NCBI GenBank assembly: GCA_003489345.1
Contig: DNIT01000188.1
Location: 79 to 64,078 of the forward strand
Direction: 5' to 3'
Origin: Pelotomaculum sp.
Lineage (GTDB): Bacteria > Bacillota > Desulfotomaculia > Desulfotomaculales > Pelotomaculaceae
DNA: 64,000 nucleotides
The notes under the pieces are model-generated. The model was not told where the DNA came from. It saw only the letters and a list, made by a program, of their open reading frames with translations, and searched no databases. Shown one piece after another: positions 55,745-64,000 of this stretch; the stretch's first letter is position 1, and every line of letters starts with the position of its first letter. A program made the translations under genes and the position numbers.

Positions 55745-56552
55745 CCAGCGCATAGAGAACGGCTACTTTCGCTCACTTCAGGAAGTTACAAAATACATGG
55801 AAGTGGCGATTAAAAACGAAACAGATCCGTTCAAGATAGCCAGAATACTAAAAGCACTTCTTGCAACTCCTGCCTTTCAGCGCTATGCGCAGGAAACAGC
55901 CATGAAAATGGTCACGAATCTTTTTGCTGACGGGGCGAGAAACTGGCGGGATGCGGCGCGAAGGTCCAGCAGGGGACGAATTATTTACGAAGCGCTGCGA
56001 AGGGAAATGCAGGGTCCGGTGGGAAGCGAGGTGCGAAATCAGATTCAGCGCAATGCAGCGATCATTACCACTCTACCGGTAGATATCGCCGAGCGCGTAA
56101 CTGATTATATCGCTGATGAGAGCATGAAGGGAAGACGCGCTTCTGATATCGCAAAGGACATCCTGAAAATGTTTCCTGAAAGCAGCCGGGCTAAAGCCCA
56201 GTTGATTGCACGTACTGAAACGTCGAAAACCTCAACGGCTTTAACCAGGGCGCGGGCGGAAAGCATCGGAATTGAATGGTATGAGTGGGTTGCATCGAAA
56301 GACGCCAGAGTCAGGAAGAGTCATAAGATGATGGACCGGGTTCTGGTGCGCTGGAGCGATCCGCCAAGACCGGAGGAGTTAGCCGGAGAAAAAAACGCGC
56401 CGAAGGCTTACCACGCCGGAGAAATTTACAATTGCCGCTGTTACCCTGCCCCCTTGGTCAGTTTTGATCGCGTTTCTTGGCCGCATAAAGTTTACTCAAA
56501 CGGGGTCATTAGAATTATGACGTTAAGACAATTTAGGCAGCAAGCCGCATAA
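55716..56552 (+). CDS. Head morphogenesis protein (SPP1 gp7/Mu F-like)
   Basis: A.LIARTE, Y.W....D.RVR.SH and H.G..YNCRC motifs. Confidence 0.9.
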   Translation: MAVRNLWEPSQRIENGYFRSLQEVTKYMEVAIKNETDPFKIARILKALLATPAFQRYAQETAMKMVTNLFADGARNWRDAARRSSRGRIIYEALRREMQGPVGSEVRNQIQRNAAIITTLPVDIAERVTDYIADESMKGRRASDIAKDILKMFPESSRAKAQLIARTETSKTSTALTRARAESIGIEWYEWVASKDARVRKSHKMMDRVLVRWSDPPRPEELAGEKNAPKAYHAGEIYNCRCYPAPLVSFDRVSWPHKVYSNGVIRIMTLRQFRQQAA

Positions 56553-56565
56553 AGGAGTGAAAACA

Positions 56566-56745
56566 ATGCCCTTACAAAAAGGCTCAAGCCAACAGGCCAT
56601 AGGAAGCAATATCAAGGAGTTGATGGAATCCGGGCATCCGCAAAAGCAGGCTGTAGCAATCGCGTTAAAAGAGGCCGGGGAAAGCAACAAAGACTGCTGG
56701 TATGGAGTTGACGCAATTTATAGAAATACAAAAGTTCACAAATAG
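56566..56745 (+). CDS. Small conserved phage protein
   Basis: MPL.KG.S...I..NI.E....[11 protein letters not shown] motif. Confidence 0.7.
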   Translation: MPLQKGSSQQAIGSNIKELMESGHPQKQAVAIALKEAGESNKDCWYGVDAIYRNTKVHK

Positions 56746-56764
56746 AAAGGGGGGTTTATGAGGC

Positions 56765-57484
56765 ATGGCATTTCCGAACATAAATACCATCCCTCCCATA
56801 ACCGGTAGAAAGATAAAAGAAAACGGAACGGTTGTAAATACTGCGGAAATGGTTGAGGCGCTATACAATGCGCTGGTAACGAATAAAAATGCCGGTGTGG
56901 AAACATCTTTTTTGAATGGCGTAGCCACAGGAGGAAGTAAAACGTCTATTGTGGATTCCGGTAAAAATTTCGAAGCGGACATTCTTGTCGGAGGTATCGC
57001 CGAGATGATTATTGATGGCGTAACGTATTATCGAAGCATTTCCGCCAATATGGGAAACGCGATAACTATTTCTGCACTTCCGGGTGCCAGCGCAAGCGTT
57101 GTTGTTGGTGACCACGCAGGCGCAGAGGTAACCATTACATTTGACGAAGAAGGCGCTGCGGCCAATGAGTACATGCTTGAAATTGTTAACGGCGAAGGAG
57201 AAAACGTTCCACTAAGCGCCGACTTTACCGATGGTATACTGACGGTGACGCTTGCCACTGACGAAACAGGCGCGCCGGATAATGCTGAAAATACCGCTAC
57301 GGCTGTAGCTGGGGTTATTGACATACTGGATGGGTTTTCAGCGGTGATGACCGGATCTGGTGGCGTGATGGCGGTAACTGCGGAACCGGTACCGTTTACT
57401 GGCGGAATTGATACTGTTGAGGTGGCGAGCGAGACGCCGTACTTTTTAAAGCGAAAATTATCCCTCGCTGAAACGGTGGCATAA
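56765..57484 (+). CDS. Accessory virion-like beta protein
   Basis: G.ATGGS.TS..D..KNF and LTVTLATD..G....TA..VA segments; acidic and Ala/Gly/Thr-rich. Confidence 0.6.
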   Translation: MAFPNINTIPPITGRKIKENGTVVNTAEMVEALYNALVTNKNAGVETSFLNGVATGGSKTSIVDSGKNFEADILVGGIAEMIIDGVTYYRSISANMGNAITISALPGASASVVVGDHAGAEVTITFDEEGAAANEYMLEIVNGEGENVPLSADFTDGILTVTLATDETGAPDNAENTATAVAGVIDILDGFSAVMTGSGGVMAVTAEPVPFTGGIDTVEVASETPYFLKRKLSLAETVA

Positions 57485-57485
57485 C

Positions 57486-58307
57486 ATGGCTTCATTACCA
57501 CTCAATGAAATCGTAGATGTAAAAATTAGTATAACGGAGGGGGAAAACATGGCTCTTGTAGGTGAAACCATCAATGTAAACGTTCTAAAGGGCGGAAGGG
57601 TAATAAGCGACGCCAATCCGCTTCCTGTGTCAAATGAAAAATTAGATATTGCATTGTCTGCTCTTAGGGATGCATTTATTGCCGCCCTGGGAGAGACGCT
57701 TAATGTAGAACTAACGGGTAGTATTCTTGCAAAAGACCCATTGACAGGTGACTATAAAGAACTTTCTTGTGTACAAGACCCTGGTACTGGCAATTGGTAT
57801 CTACAAACCGTAGATGCTGCACCATTTGCCTATGATGAGATAAACGACAAAATAAAAGTTGATACTGGTCTTAATCTCAGTAAAAATGTAGAAACAATAA
57901 TATTATTCAACAATAGAGAAACACGCTCAACTACAACACAAACTGTAATTGTACCTAGTATTGTGAAGTATAAAAGTTTTGACATTATGGTGTCTAATTT
58001 ACTAGACAAACCTATAACTGTACATTTCAGATCAGCACCATCGTCACATGATATGCGGTGGGTTTTGAATGATGGAAGTGTAGTTTCTTCTGCAACAGCA
58101 GAGGGAAAAATAACTATCCCCGCTGACGCTAAAGGTGTTCCTTTGAGTGCGTTTAGTCCTGCCAATGTCGCAGATAGAACTCAGTGGAAGAAGTTTTTAT
58201 ATAATCAAGGATTGCTAGGGGAAACAGGGGTAACTATATTATTTGAAAGCTCTGAAGCCCCGACAACTGGTGGGTGCTCAATGATATTATATGGGATACC
58301 TAATTAG
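57486..58307 (+). CDS. Accessory virion-like protein with a sheath-like N-terminal peptide
   Basis: First 17 aa resemble the sheath N-terminus; second in-frame start at 57549 with a strong SD; DANPLPV motif. Confidence 0.6.
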   Translation: MASLPLNEIVDVKISITEGENMALVGETINVNVLKGGRVISDANPLPVSNEKLDIALSALRDAFIAALGETLNVELTGSILAKDPLTGDYKELSCVQDPGTGNWYLQTVDAAPFAYDEINDKIKVDTGLNLSKNVETIILFNNRETRSTTTQTVIVPSIVKYKSFDIMVSNLLDKPITVHFRSAPSSHDMRWVLNDGSVVSSATAEGKITIPADAKGVPLSAFSPANVADRTQWKKFLYNQGLLGETGVTILFESSEAPTTGGCSMILYGIPN

Positions 58308-58319
58308 AGGGGGGAAGAT

Positions 58320-60443
58320 ATGGCTGAATTTATTAATTTATGGTATCAATTAAGTATATCTGAACAAGGCGATATTGCTATAAAAGATGCTACTGGAAAT
58401 AATATTTGTGCTATGTCATATTCCTCTATATATGGAGTAATGGCTAATGGCGAATCCCCTATGTTAACCGCAAATAAAAACATTGCAAAATTGCGTGATG
58501 TGGGTATTTTTCAGGTAGGAGATACCGTTGAAATTTGCACAAAGAAAATTAATGATGAAATTTTACACACTACTACAATTACAGCAATAGACCCTGTGGC
58601 ATTAACAATAACCTTTGACCCTCCAACGCCTTCCGATTTTAAAATACCGTTATGGGCTTCACAAAGTCCAGTTGGTATAGTTGTGAGGAAGGTTACTGAC
58701 AGTATTAATGGTTTTACTTCTGTTGCCATATCGGAAAATACCACCGAGAACGGAAAAGATTTGACGATTGTTGGGGAGACACCAAAAGCAAGCGTATCTG
58801 TAACTTTTAAATGTAGTAATTCCAGTCCTAAAATAGAAATTGAAACCAACGCTACCTATAAGGATACAGTAAAGGTAATAAATGAATCATTGATTTTAAC
58901 CTTTATTGATAATGTGTCTGCTGTTTTTAGGAAAAATAGAAAGACACATACTCAAAATTTTGCTGATAAATATTGGTTAGGTAGTCAAGGAGTAAAATTT
59001 GGGGCAGATAGTAGGACTTGTTTTTTATACAACACACCTAATATTTGCTCCTTAGAACTAGAAACATTAAATAAAAAGTTAATTGTTAACCTTGATGATT
59101 ACCGCGACCATAGGTTTAGAAGATTAGACCAATATCGTGTTGGTTATTCAGAAGGTATGTGGATTGATAGAAACGCAGCAGAGTTTGACGTTTTAGATGT
59201 TAGGGTTAATTCTTTTTCATTATGGGTTGGGATGCCTATTAATAAAGACATTCCCCGCTTAATGATAAATCCAGACAAGTATTTATCAACTATGATACTG
59301 GATTCACATGCTGATTCATCGCCTGTGGCACAGCAAAGAGCGGTATTCTATGGACACCAAGATATCACTAACGGCGATAATGCAGCCAGTGGTTTTGTAG
59401 GAGTAGGATTACCTGTTACCCAGACATTCTTCTATGGCGGTGTTGATTATTCTTTGCGTGGTACGACCTGGGAAACTGACCCCGATATATTAACGGATGC
59501 TTTTAATGTTGCTTTAGATCTGTATCAGCGTGGTTTTGATATTGGTCTACATTCAATCTTTTTTACTACTGGTGATGCCCCAGGTCAAACACCGATACCA
59601 GACAGTAGAAGAACACAAGGTAAAAATGAGGCAATGCCTTTTATGAAACAGCATTTCGATTCTACAACATGGATAGACCACTCACCACAGCAAAACGCAC
59701 TAGATCAATGTACGGAGGGTTTAATACCGGAATCACCGTCTTATATGAAAGATTTATGGGAGCAATACGGAGTAAGGTATTTTTGGAATCATAGCAGCGA
59801 AGATATAAACTATTCTGGAATTGATTTGTTGTGTGGTGATAATGACGAATGGCGAAATCCTTTATATTGGCAGCATCCTACTGTTACAGATAATTTTTAT
59901 ACTAGAGCTGTGCAATATATTACTGCTGGTGATCAGGCTGGATGGGCTATTAACTATAGTGAGGATAATCTACAAAACTTAATAAATAATTGGGGTGTAA
60001 ATATTCATCACAATTATTTATGTATGGATGGGCATGGAACAATAATAAAACAAGCTGACGGTAAATGGGTTATTGATCCTGTCTTTGAAAGCGTTTTGCA
60101 ACGATTAAAAGGTTATAAAGATAAGGGGCAACTTAATGTAACTACGGTTAGAAAATTAATGGATTATTGGATTCAGTTGGAAAATATAGAGTTTAATTAT
60201 AATAGCGACGGTATTGATGTTACAAATAATAATGATGAAACAATAAATGGATTATCTTTAACGGTTGCTTCTCCTTATTATGCTATAGTCATAGATGATA
60301 GTCGAGTGGTTCGCAATCCACATCTAGGAAATGCTATATTCAGCTTTGATTTAGCTGCACATGAAACTAAAAAAATCAAATTGGAACAAGAGCAACCATA
60401 TGTTTACAGTGAACCAGTGAAATTTGTAAATAATCCCTGGTAA
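58320..60443 (+). CDS. Large protein with a polysaccharide deacetylase/NodB-like barrel
   Basis: LDSHAD, GFDIGLHS, WIDH and HHNY motifs; AT-rich. Confidence 0.6.
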   Translation: MAEFINLWYQLSISEQGDIAIKDATGNNICAMSYSSIYGVMANGESPMLTANKNIAKLRDVGIFQVGDTVEICTKKINDEILHTTTITAIDPVALTITFDPPTPSDFKIPLWASQSPVGIVVRKVTDSINGFTSVAISENTTENGKDLTIVGETPKASVSVTFKCSNSSPKIEIETNATYKDTVKVINESLILTFIDNVSAVFRKNRKTHTQNFADKYWLGSQGVKFGADSRTCFLYNTPNICSLELETLNKKLIVNLDDYRDHRFRRLDQYRVGYSEGMWIDRNAAEFDVLDVRVNSFSLWVGMPINKDIPRLMINPDKYLSTMILDSHADSSPVAQQRAVFYGHQDITNGDNAASGFVGVGLPVTQTFFYGGVDYSLRGTTWETDPDILTDAFNVALDLYQRGFDIGLHSIFFTTGDAPGQTPIPDSRRTQGKNEAMPFMKQHFDSTTWIDHSPQQNALDQCTEGLIPESPSYMKDLWEQYGVRYFWNHSSEDINYSGIDLLCGDNDEWRNPLYWQHPTVTDNFYTRAVQYITAGDQAGWAINYSEDNLQNLINNWGVNIHHNYLCMDGHGTIIKQADGKWVIDPVFESVLQRLKGYKDKGQLNVTTVRKLMDYWIQLENIEFNYNSDGIDVTNNNDETINGLSLTVASPYYAIVIDDSRVVRNPHLGNAIFSFDLAAHETKKIKLEQEQPYVYSEPVKFVNNPW

Positions 60444-60482
60444 CAGAACTATCGGGTGGCGAGAGTTGTGGAACACAATAGC

Positions 60483-60512
60483 AAAACCGTCTCCTGCGAG
60501 GCGGTTTTCTTT
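60483..60512 (+). terminator. Intrinsic terminator
   Basis: AAAACCGTCTC-CTGC-GAGGCGGTTTT followed by CTTT. Confidence 0.65.
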
Positions 60513-60540
60513 GTAACAAAAAAATCAAGGAGGAATCAAA

Positions 60541-61116
60541 ATGGCAGTTGACTCAAATACCCAAATTATAGTTGCAAGACAGGCCGTTGGCCCAGATAGG
60601 CCAATGCCAGTATCGACCGAAGGAAGCCGATCCGCATATGGTTATGCGGCAGTGGCGATTACACCGGCGGCAACTCCCACCGATATTGTGACGCTTTACG
60701 GCTCCGCGACAAAAACCGTGCGGGTCAAAAAAGTAACGGTTTCGGGAGTGGCTACAACCGCCGGAAGCATGGATGTGTCGCTTGTGAAAAGGACGGCGGC
60801 TAATACAGCCGGTACAACGACAAACCCAACGCCGGGTAAGCTGGACAGCACTTCAGATGCAGCCACGGCAACGCTTTCCCAGTACAGCGCGAATCCCTCC
60901 GCTGTTGGGACAGGGATAGCCATCCGGAACAAAAAGTTAAACTTCGGGCTTGCCGGCGCGGCTGGTGTCGTGGAGTTTGACTTCTCGCGCAACAATGATA
61001 AACCGCTTATTTTGCGCGGAGCAACCCAAGGCATGGCTATCAACCTAAATGGGCAGGCTGTTCCGGCAGGCGGCGCTTTGTCGTACGATATCGAGTTCGA
61101 GGAAAGCGACACGTAG
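60541..61116 (+). CDS. Accessory virion-like beta protein
   Basis: SD AAGGAGG; Ala/Thr-rich; PDRPMPVS motif. Confidence 0.6.
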   Translation: MAVDSNTQIIVARQAVGPDRPMPVSTEGSRSAYGYAAVAITPAATPTDIVTLYGSATKTVRVKKVTVSGVATTAGSMDVSLVKRTAANTAGTTTNPTPGKLDSTSDAATATLSQYSANPSAVGTGIAIRNKKLNFGLAGAAGVVEFDFSRNNDKPLILRGATQGMAINLNGQAVPAGGALSYDIEFEESDT

Positions 61117-61190
61117 CTGGACAAGAAAGAAAAAGGCATCTCCTAAACTGGGGGTGTTTTATTTTTGTCTGGAAGAAGGTGGTGGAGCGT

Positions 61191-62510
61191 GTGAAAGCAT
61201 ACTACGGGAGCCGGATTAGTCCAAATATGACAGAGACCCCGGAGGGGTTTCTGGTCTGTCACAACGTTCCCATAGCAAGAACGGGGTGGTATCAGTATTT
61301 GGGACAGGAGTTGAGACTGGAAGATCAATACGACGCAACTGTACCAGTATACCGTAGTCCGGAAGAGGTATTTAGCCCTGCCGCAATGGCGTCGTTTGAA
61401 GGAAAATCCGTAACCGACGACCATCCAAGTAATGACGTGCGGCCAGATAATTATGCTTCTCTGGAAAAGGGGCAGGTGACCAACTTAAGGCGCGGGCAGA
61501 ACGAAGAGTCCGACCTATTGCTTGCTGATCTCATTATTAAGGACCCTGTGCTCATTTCAGAAATCGAAAACGGTACCAAGCGCGAAGTTTCCTGTGGCTA
61601 TGACTGCGATTACGAACCTATCGGTGACGACAGATACGTTCAGGTGCAAATACGCGGGAACCACGTTGCGGTCGTTAAATCAGGCCGCGCCGGCGACCGC
61701 GTGGCAATTAAAGATGAAAAGCCAAATGAAAAACCAAAAAACGAAAGGAGAAAAAGCATGAAGTTGGACAACAAGAACATTTTTGCCAGGATGCTTTCAG
61801 CATTCGCAAAAGATGCGGAACCGGAGGAGTTGGCGGAAGCTGCAAAGATGGCCCCAAAGGAAGCAAAGGACGAAATGCCCGTCTCGCCAGTAGCGCCCCA
61901 GCCTGCCCCCGCACCTGCCCCGGCTCCAAAAGTGGGGGACGAAACTCCGGCAGTAGATCCGGCTGTGGCGGATCTGGCGAAAAAGATTGAAGCGCTGACC
62001 GCCATTGTTTCAAAGCTGGTCGAGAGCGACAAGGAAGTCCACGCACAGCTAAAACCGGAAAACGAACTGGACAGTCTCATCATGGAACTGGAAACCCCAG
62101 AAGAGCATGCCAAGGAAAACGAGGAATCGGTTACCGTGGCTCCGGAGAAAATCGCCTCCGACGAAGCTCCGGTTGCTTCCCCAGAAGAAAGGCCGAAAAA
62201 CCCGATCCCGGGCGCTGATACCAAAGCGGCTATTCTTACCGCCGTACGGGCAATCAAGCCGTATATTGCCAGCATTCCAGACCAGGCGGAAAGAAAGAAG
62301 GCTTCTGACGCCCTGGCTAAGACCTTCCGGGATCAGATTGCTAAAATGCCGGCCAGTCCGAAAGCGCCGACCAACGGCTATGAGGACATTTTGACCGCCA
62401 TGACAGCAAACGCAAAGGCGCAAGACAAAAACCCAGAAACCGACCCTGCGGAAGAGGGCAGGGAGTGGGCCAGAAAATACAATCCGCATTACAAAAAGGA
62501 GGCTAAATAA
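61191..62510 (+). CDS. DUF2213 prohead protease/scaffold protein
   Basis: TPEGFL....PIARTG, R..EEVF, T.DHP, E.S.GY and NHVA.V..GRAG motifs; charged scaffold tail. Confidence 0.9.
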   Translation: MKAYYGSRISPNMTETPEGFLVCHNVPIARTGWYQYLGQELRLEDQYDATVPVYRSPEEVFSPAAMASFEGKSVTDDHPSNDVRPDNYASLEKGQVTNLRRGQNEESDLLLADLIIKDPVLISEIENGTKREVSCGYDCDYEPIGDDRYVQVQIRGNHVAVVKSGRAGDRVAIKDEKPNEKPKNERRKSMKLDNKNIFARMLSAFAKDAEPEELAEAAKMAPKEAKDEMPVSPVAPQPAPAPAPAPKVGDETPAVDPAVADLAKKIEALTAIVSKLVESDKEVHAQLKPENELDSLIMELETPEEHAKENEESVTVAPEKIASDEAPVASPEERPKNPIPGADTKAAILTAVRAIKPYIASIPDQAERKKASDALAKTFRDQIAKMPASPKAPTNGYEDILTAMTANAKAQDKNPETDPAEEGREWARKYNPHYKKEAK

Positions 62511-63029
62511 ATGCCAGGTCAAGCAATCGGAACCTCAATGCTCTACGGGTACCCCGGGACGGTTTCCCGGACACCAGACTCAATCATCATGAACCGTCCC
62601 GTAAAGGACACCGACGAAACCGGGCCTGCTTTTGGTGAGCCTGTCGTTCTGAACACCGACAACACTTACAGCAGATTTGGCGCTACCGGTGCCATGGCTA
62701 CATTCGGCGGCGTGGCAATCCGTGAAGTCAAGCAGACGGCAGATTACTACAGCGCAGAAGGGCAGTACCAGCCAGGAGAAGCATGCGACGTAATCCAGCG
62801 CGGCTCCGTCATGGTCCTATGCAACATTGGAACGCCTACAGCCGGCGGCGAGGCTTACATCCGTACCGAGTTGGGCAGCAATCCTCTTGGTGTAGTAGGC
62901 CAATTTGAAGCAGCTGCGGCGGCCGACGGCGGGACAACGGTTGAGATCACGAACTGCCGTTGGAAAACCGGCCTCAAAGACGCCAATAACGTTGCTGAAC
63001 TTGAAATTCTGACCAAGAACTTACCATAA
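62511..63029 (+). CDS. Head decoration/cement protein
   Basis: Between scaffold and capsid genes; GYPG..SR, FG..V and RG...V motifs. Confidence 0.75.
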   Translation: MPGQAIGTSMLYGYPGTVSRTPDSIIMNRPVKDTDETGPAFGEPVVLNTDNTYSRFGATGAMATFGGVAIREVKQTADYYSAEGQYQPGEACDVIQRGSVMVLCNIGTPTAGGEAYIRTELGSNPLGVVGQFEAAAAADGGTTVEITNCRWKTGLKDANNVAELEILTKNLP

Positions 63030-63048
63030 GAAAGGGAGGCGTATAATT

Positions 63049-64000
63049 TTGTACGGAGTAACAACATCACCAATCAATGATGTGAAAACTATCGACACAA
63101 TGGTCAAATCCGGAGCCAGGTTTGCCATGATGACCACGGACGCGGCAACCGCCGGCGGCATGGCTTTTCTCGTCGGCGAACTTGAAAAAAGAGATCCAAA
63201 AATCCGCGAACCGCTCACATCGGTGACCTGGCAGCGTGATATCGTAGCCAAAACCGGCGGCGGCTGGGTTGAGTTTACCAGCACCTATAACGTGTCCTAT
63301 GCGACGGCCGGACCGAACCAGCACGGGATCATCGGCGGGCAGAGCAATAATATCCCAGTTATGCAGGCCGATATCGGCAAGGATATTTACAAGGTTTTCA
63401 CCTGGGCAAACAACCTGAAGATCCCCTTTGTCGATCAATCCAAGCTGCAGAGCATTGGACGCAACCTTGACGAGATCCTAGACAAAGGCATCCGCCTGAA
63501 CTATAACAAGACACTCGACCAGAACGTATATCGCGGCTTTGATGAATTCGGTACAACCGGGATAATCAACGATCCGTATGTTACGGCTTCCAGCGTGGCC
63601 GAAGGAGCCAGCGGCAGCACGGAGTGGACAACGAAAACGCCGGATGAGATCCTTTTCGACATCAATCAGACTATGGTAGCGGGATGGGCGGCTTCCGAAT
63701 ATGATCTGTCCGGTATGCCCAATCATATTCTCTTGCCTCCGGCGCAATATGCCTATCTGGTTGAGACGAAAATAAGCAGCGCCGGCAACATGTCAATCCT
63801 GGAATTCCTACTGCAAAACAACATCGGCCGCAACCAGGGCATTGATCTTTCCATCAACCCCAGCCGTTGGTGCATTGGAGCCGGAGAAAACGGCACGGAC
63901 CGCATGGTTGCCTATGTCAACAATGATGACAGGCTTTATTTCGACCTCACTGTGCCCTTAAGCCGCATTATGACCCAACCGTCAGTAAATGACTTGGCGT
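63049..64000 (+). CDS. Major capsid protein (DUF2184 family), 3' truncated
   Basis: SD AAGGGAGG plus TTG; AFLVGELEKRDP..REPL.SVTW.RDI; frame open to the window end. Confidence 0.9.
   Translation, partial: MYGVTTSPINDVKTIDTMVKSGARFAMMTTDAATAGGMAFLVGELEKRDPKIREPLTSVTWQRDIVAKTGGGWVEFTSTYNVSYATAGPNQHGIIGGQSNNIPVMQADIGKDIYKVFTWANNLKIPFVDQSKLQSIGRNLDEILDKGIRLNYNKTLDQNVYRGFDEFGTTGIINDPYVTASSVAEGASGSTEWTTKTPDEILFDINQTMVAGWAASEYDLSGMPNHILLPPAQYAYLVETKISSAGNMSILEFLLQNNIGRNQGIDLSINPSRWCIGAGENGTDRMVAYVNNDDRLYFDLTVPLSRIMTQPSVNDLA

Larger units (their letters stand above)
1..64000. mobile_element. Temperate myovirus genome, near-complete and circularly permuted (probably excised or virion form)
   Basis: Tail, lysis, integrase, repressor, replication, terminase, portal and capsid modules all present with no host housekeeping genes. 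The window starts just after and ends within the capsid region. A symmetric attP-like site is intact at 24489-24534. Confidence 0.95.

Noticed and set aside
1-64000. Most minus-strand ORFs nested in structural and replication genes; tRNA or rRNA genes
   Set aside because: The nested ORFs are antisense shadows without SD sequences or motifs. No tRNA or rRNA signatures were recognised by eye.

Overview
The window is almost the whole genome of a temperate, contractile-tailed (myovirus-type) phage, linearised inside its head-tail genes: it opens mid-way through a DUF4054 adaptor gene and ends inside the major capsid gene. The host is inferred to be a Clostridia-like Bacillota from sigma-A promoters, GAAC-N4-GTTC LexA boxes and AGGAGG ribosome-binding sites. 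Gene order: neck/tail/baseplate/fibre (1-16.4 kb, interrupted by a 3.7 kb moron block), lysis (16.6-19.4 kb), an accessory island (19.5-24.3 kb), an intact attP-like site plus large serine integrase, immunity and early genes (26-34 kb), recombination/replication/methylation (34-50.5 kb), packaging and head (51.8-64 kb). The strongest signals missing from the ORF track are: (1) a crRNA-like RNA at 23087-23205 with its own promoter and terminator, two degenerate type I-B-like repeats and an 11-16 nt guide, convergent with an acr/aca-like operon; (2) two paralogous ~40-47 aa ORFs under evident purifying selection, one starting at the edge of attP and one in the early operon, which are candidate dual recombination-directionality factors; (3) a complete type I toxin-antitoxin locus; (4) a GNAT toxin with two paralogous mini-antitoxins; (5) two paralogous divergent Arc/RHH cassettes; (6) a LexA-boxed Cys-rich gene beside a repressor with no autocleavage domain; (7) a metallothionein-like peptide; (8) an EcoHK31I-type overlapping-frame cytosine methyltransferase broken in motif I. 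All family assignments come from motif recognition by eye; no database search was run.
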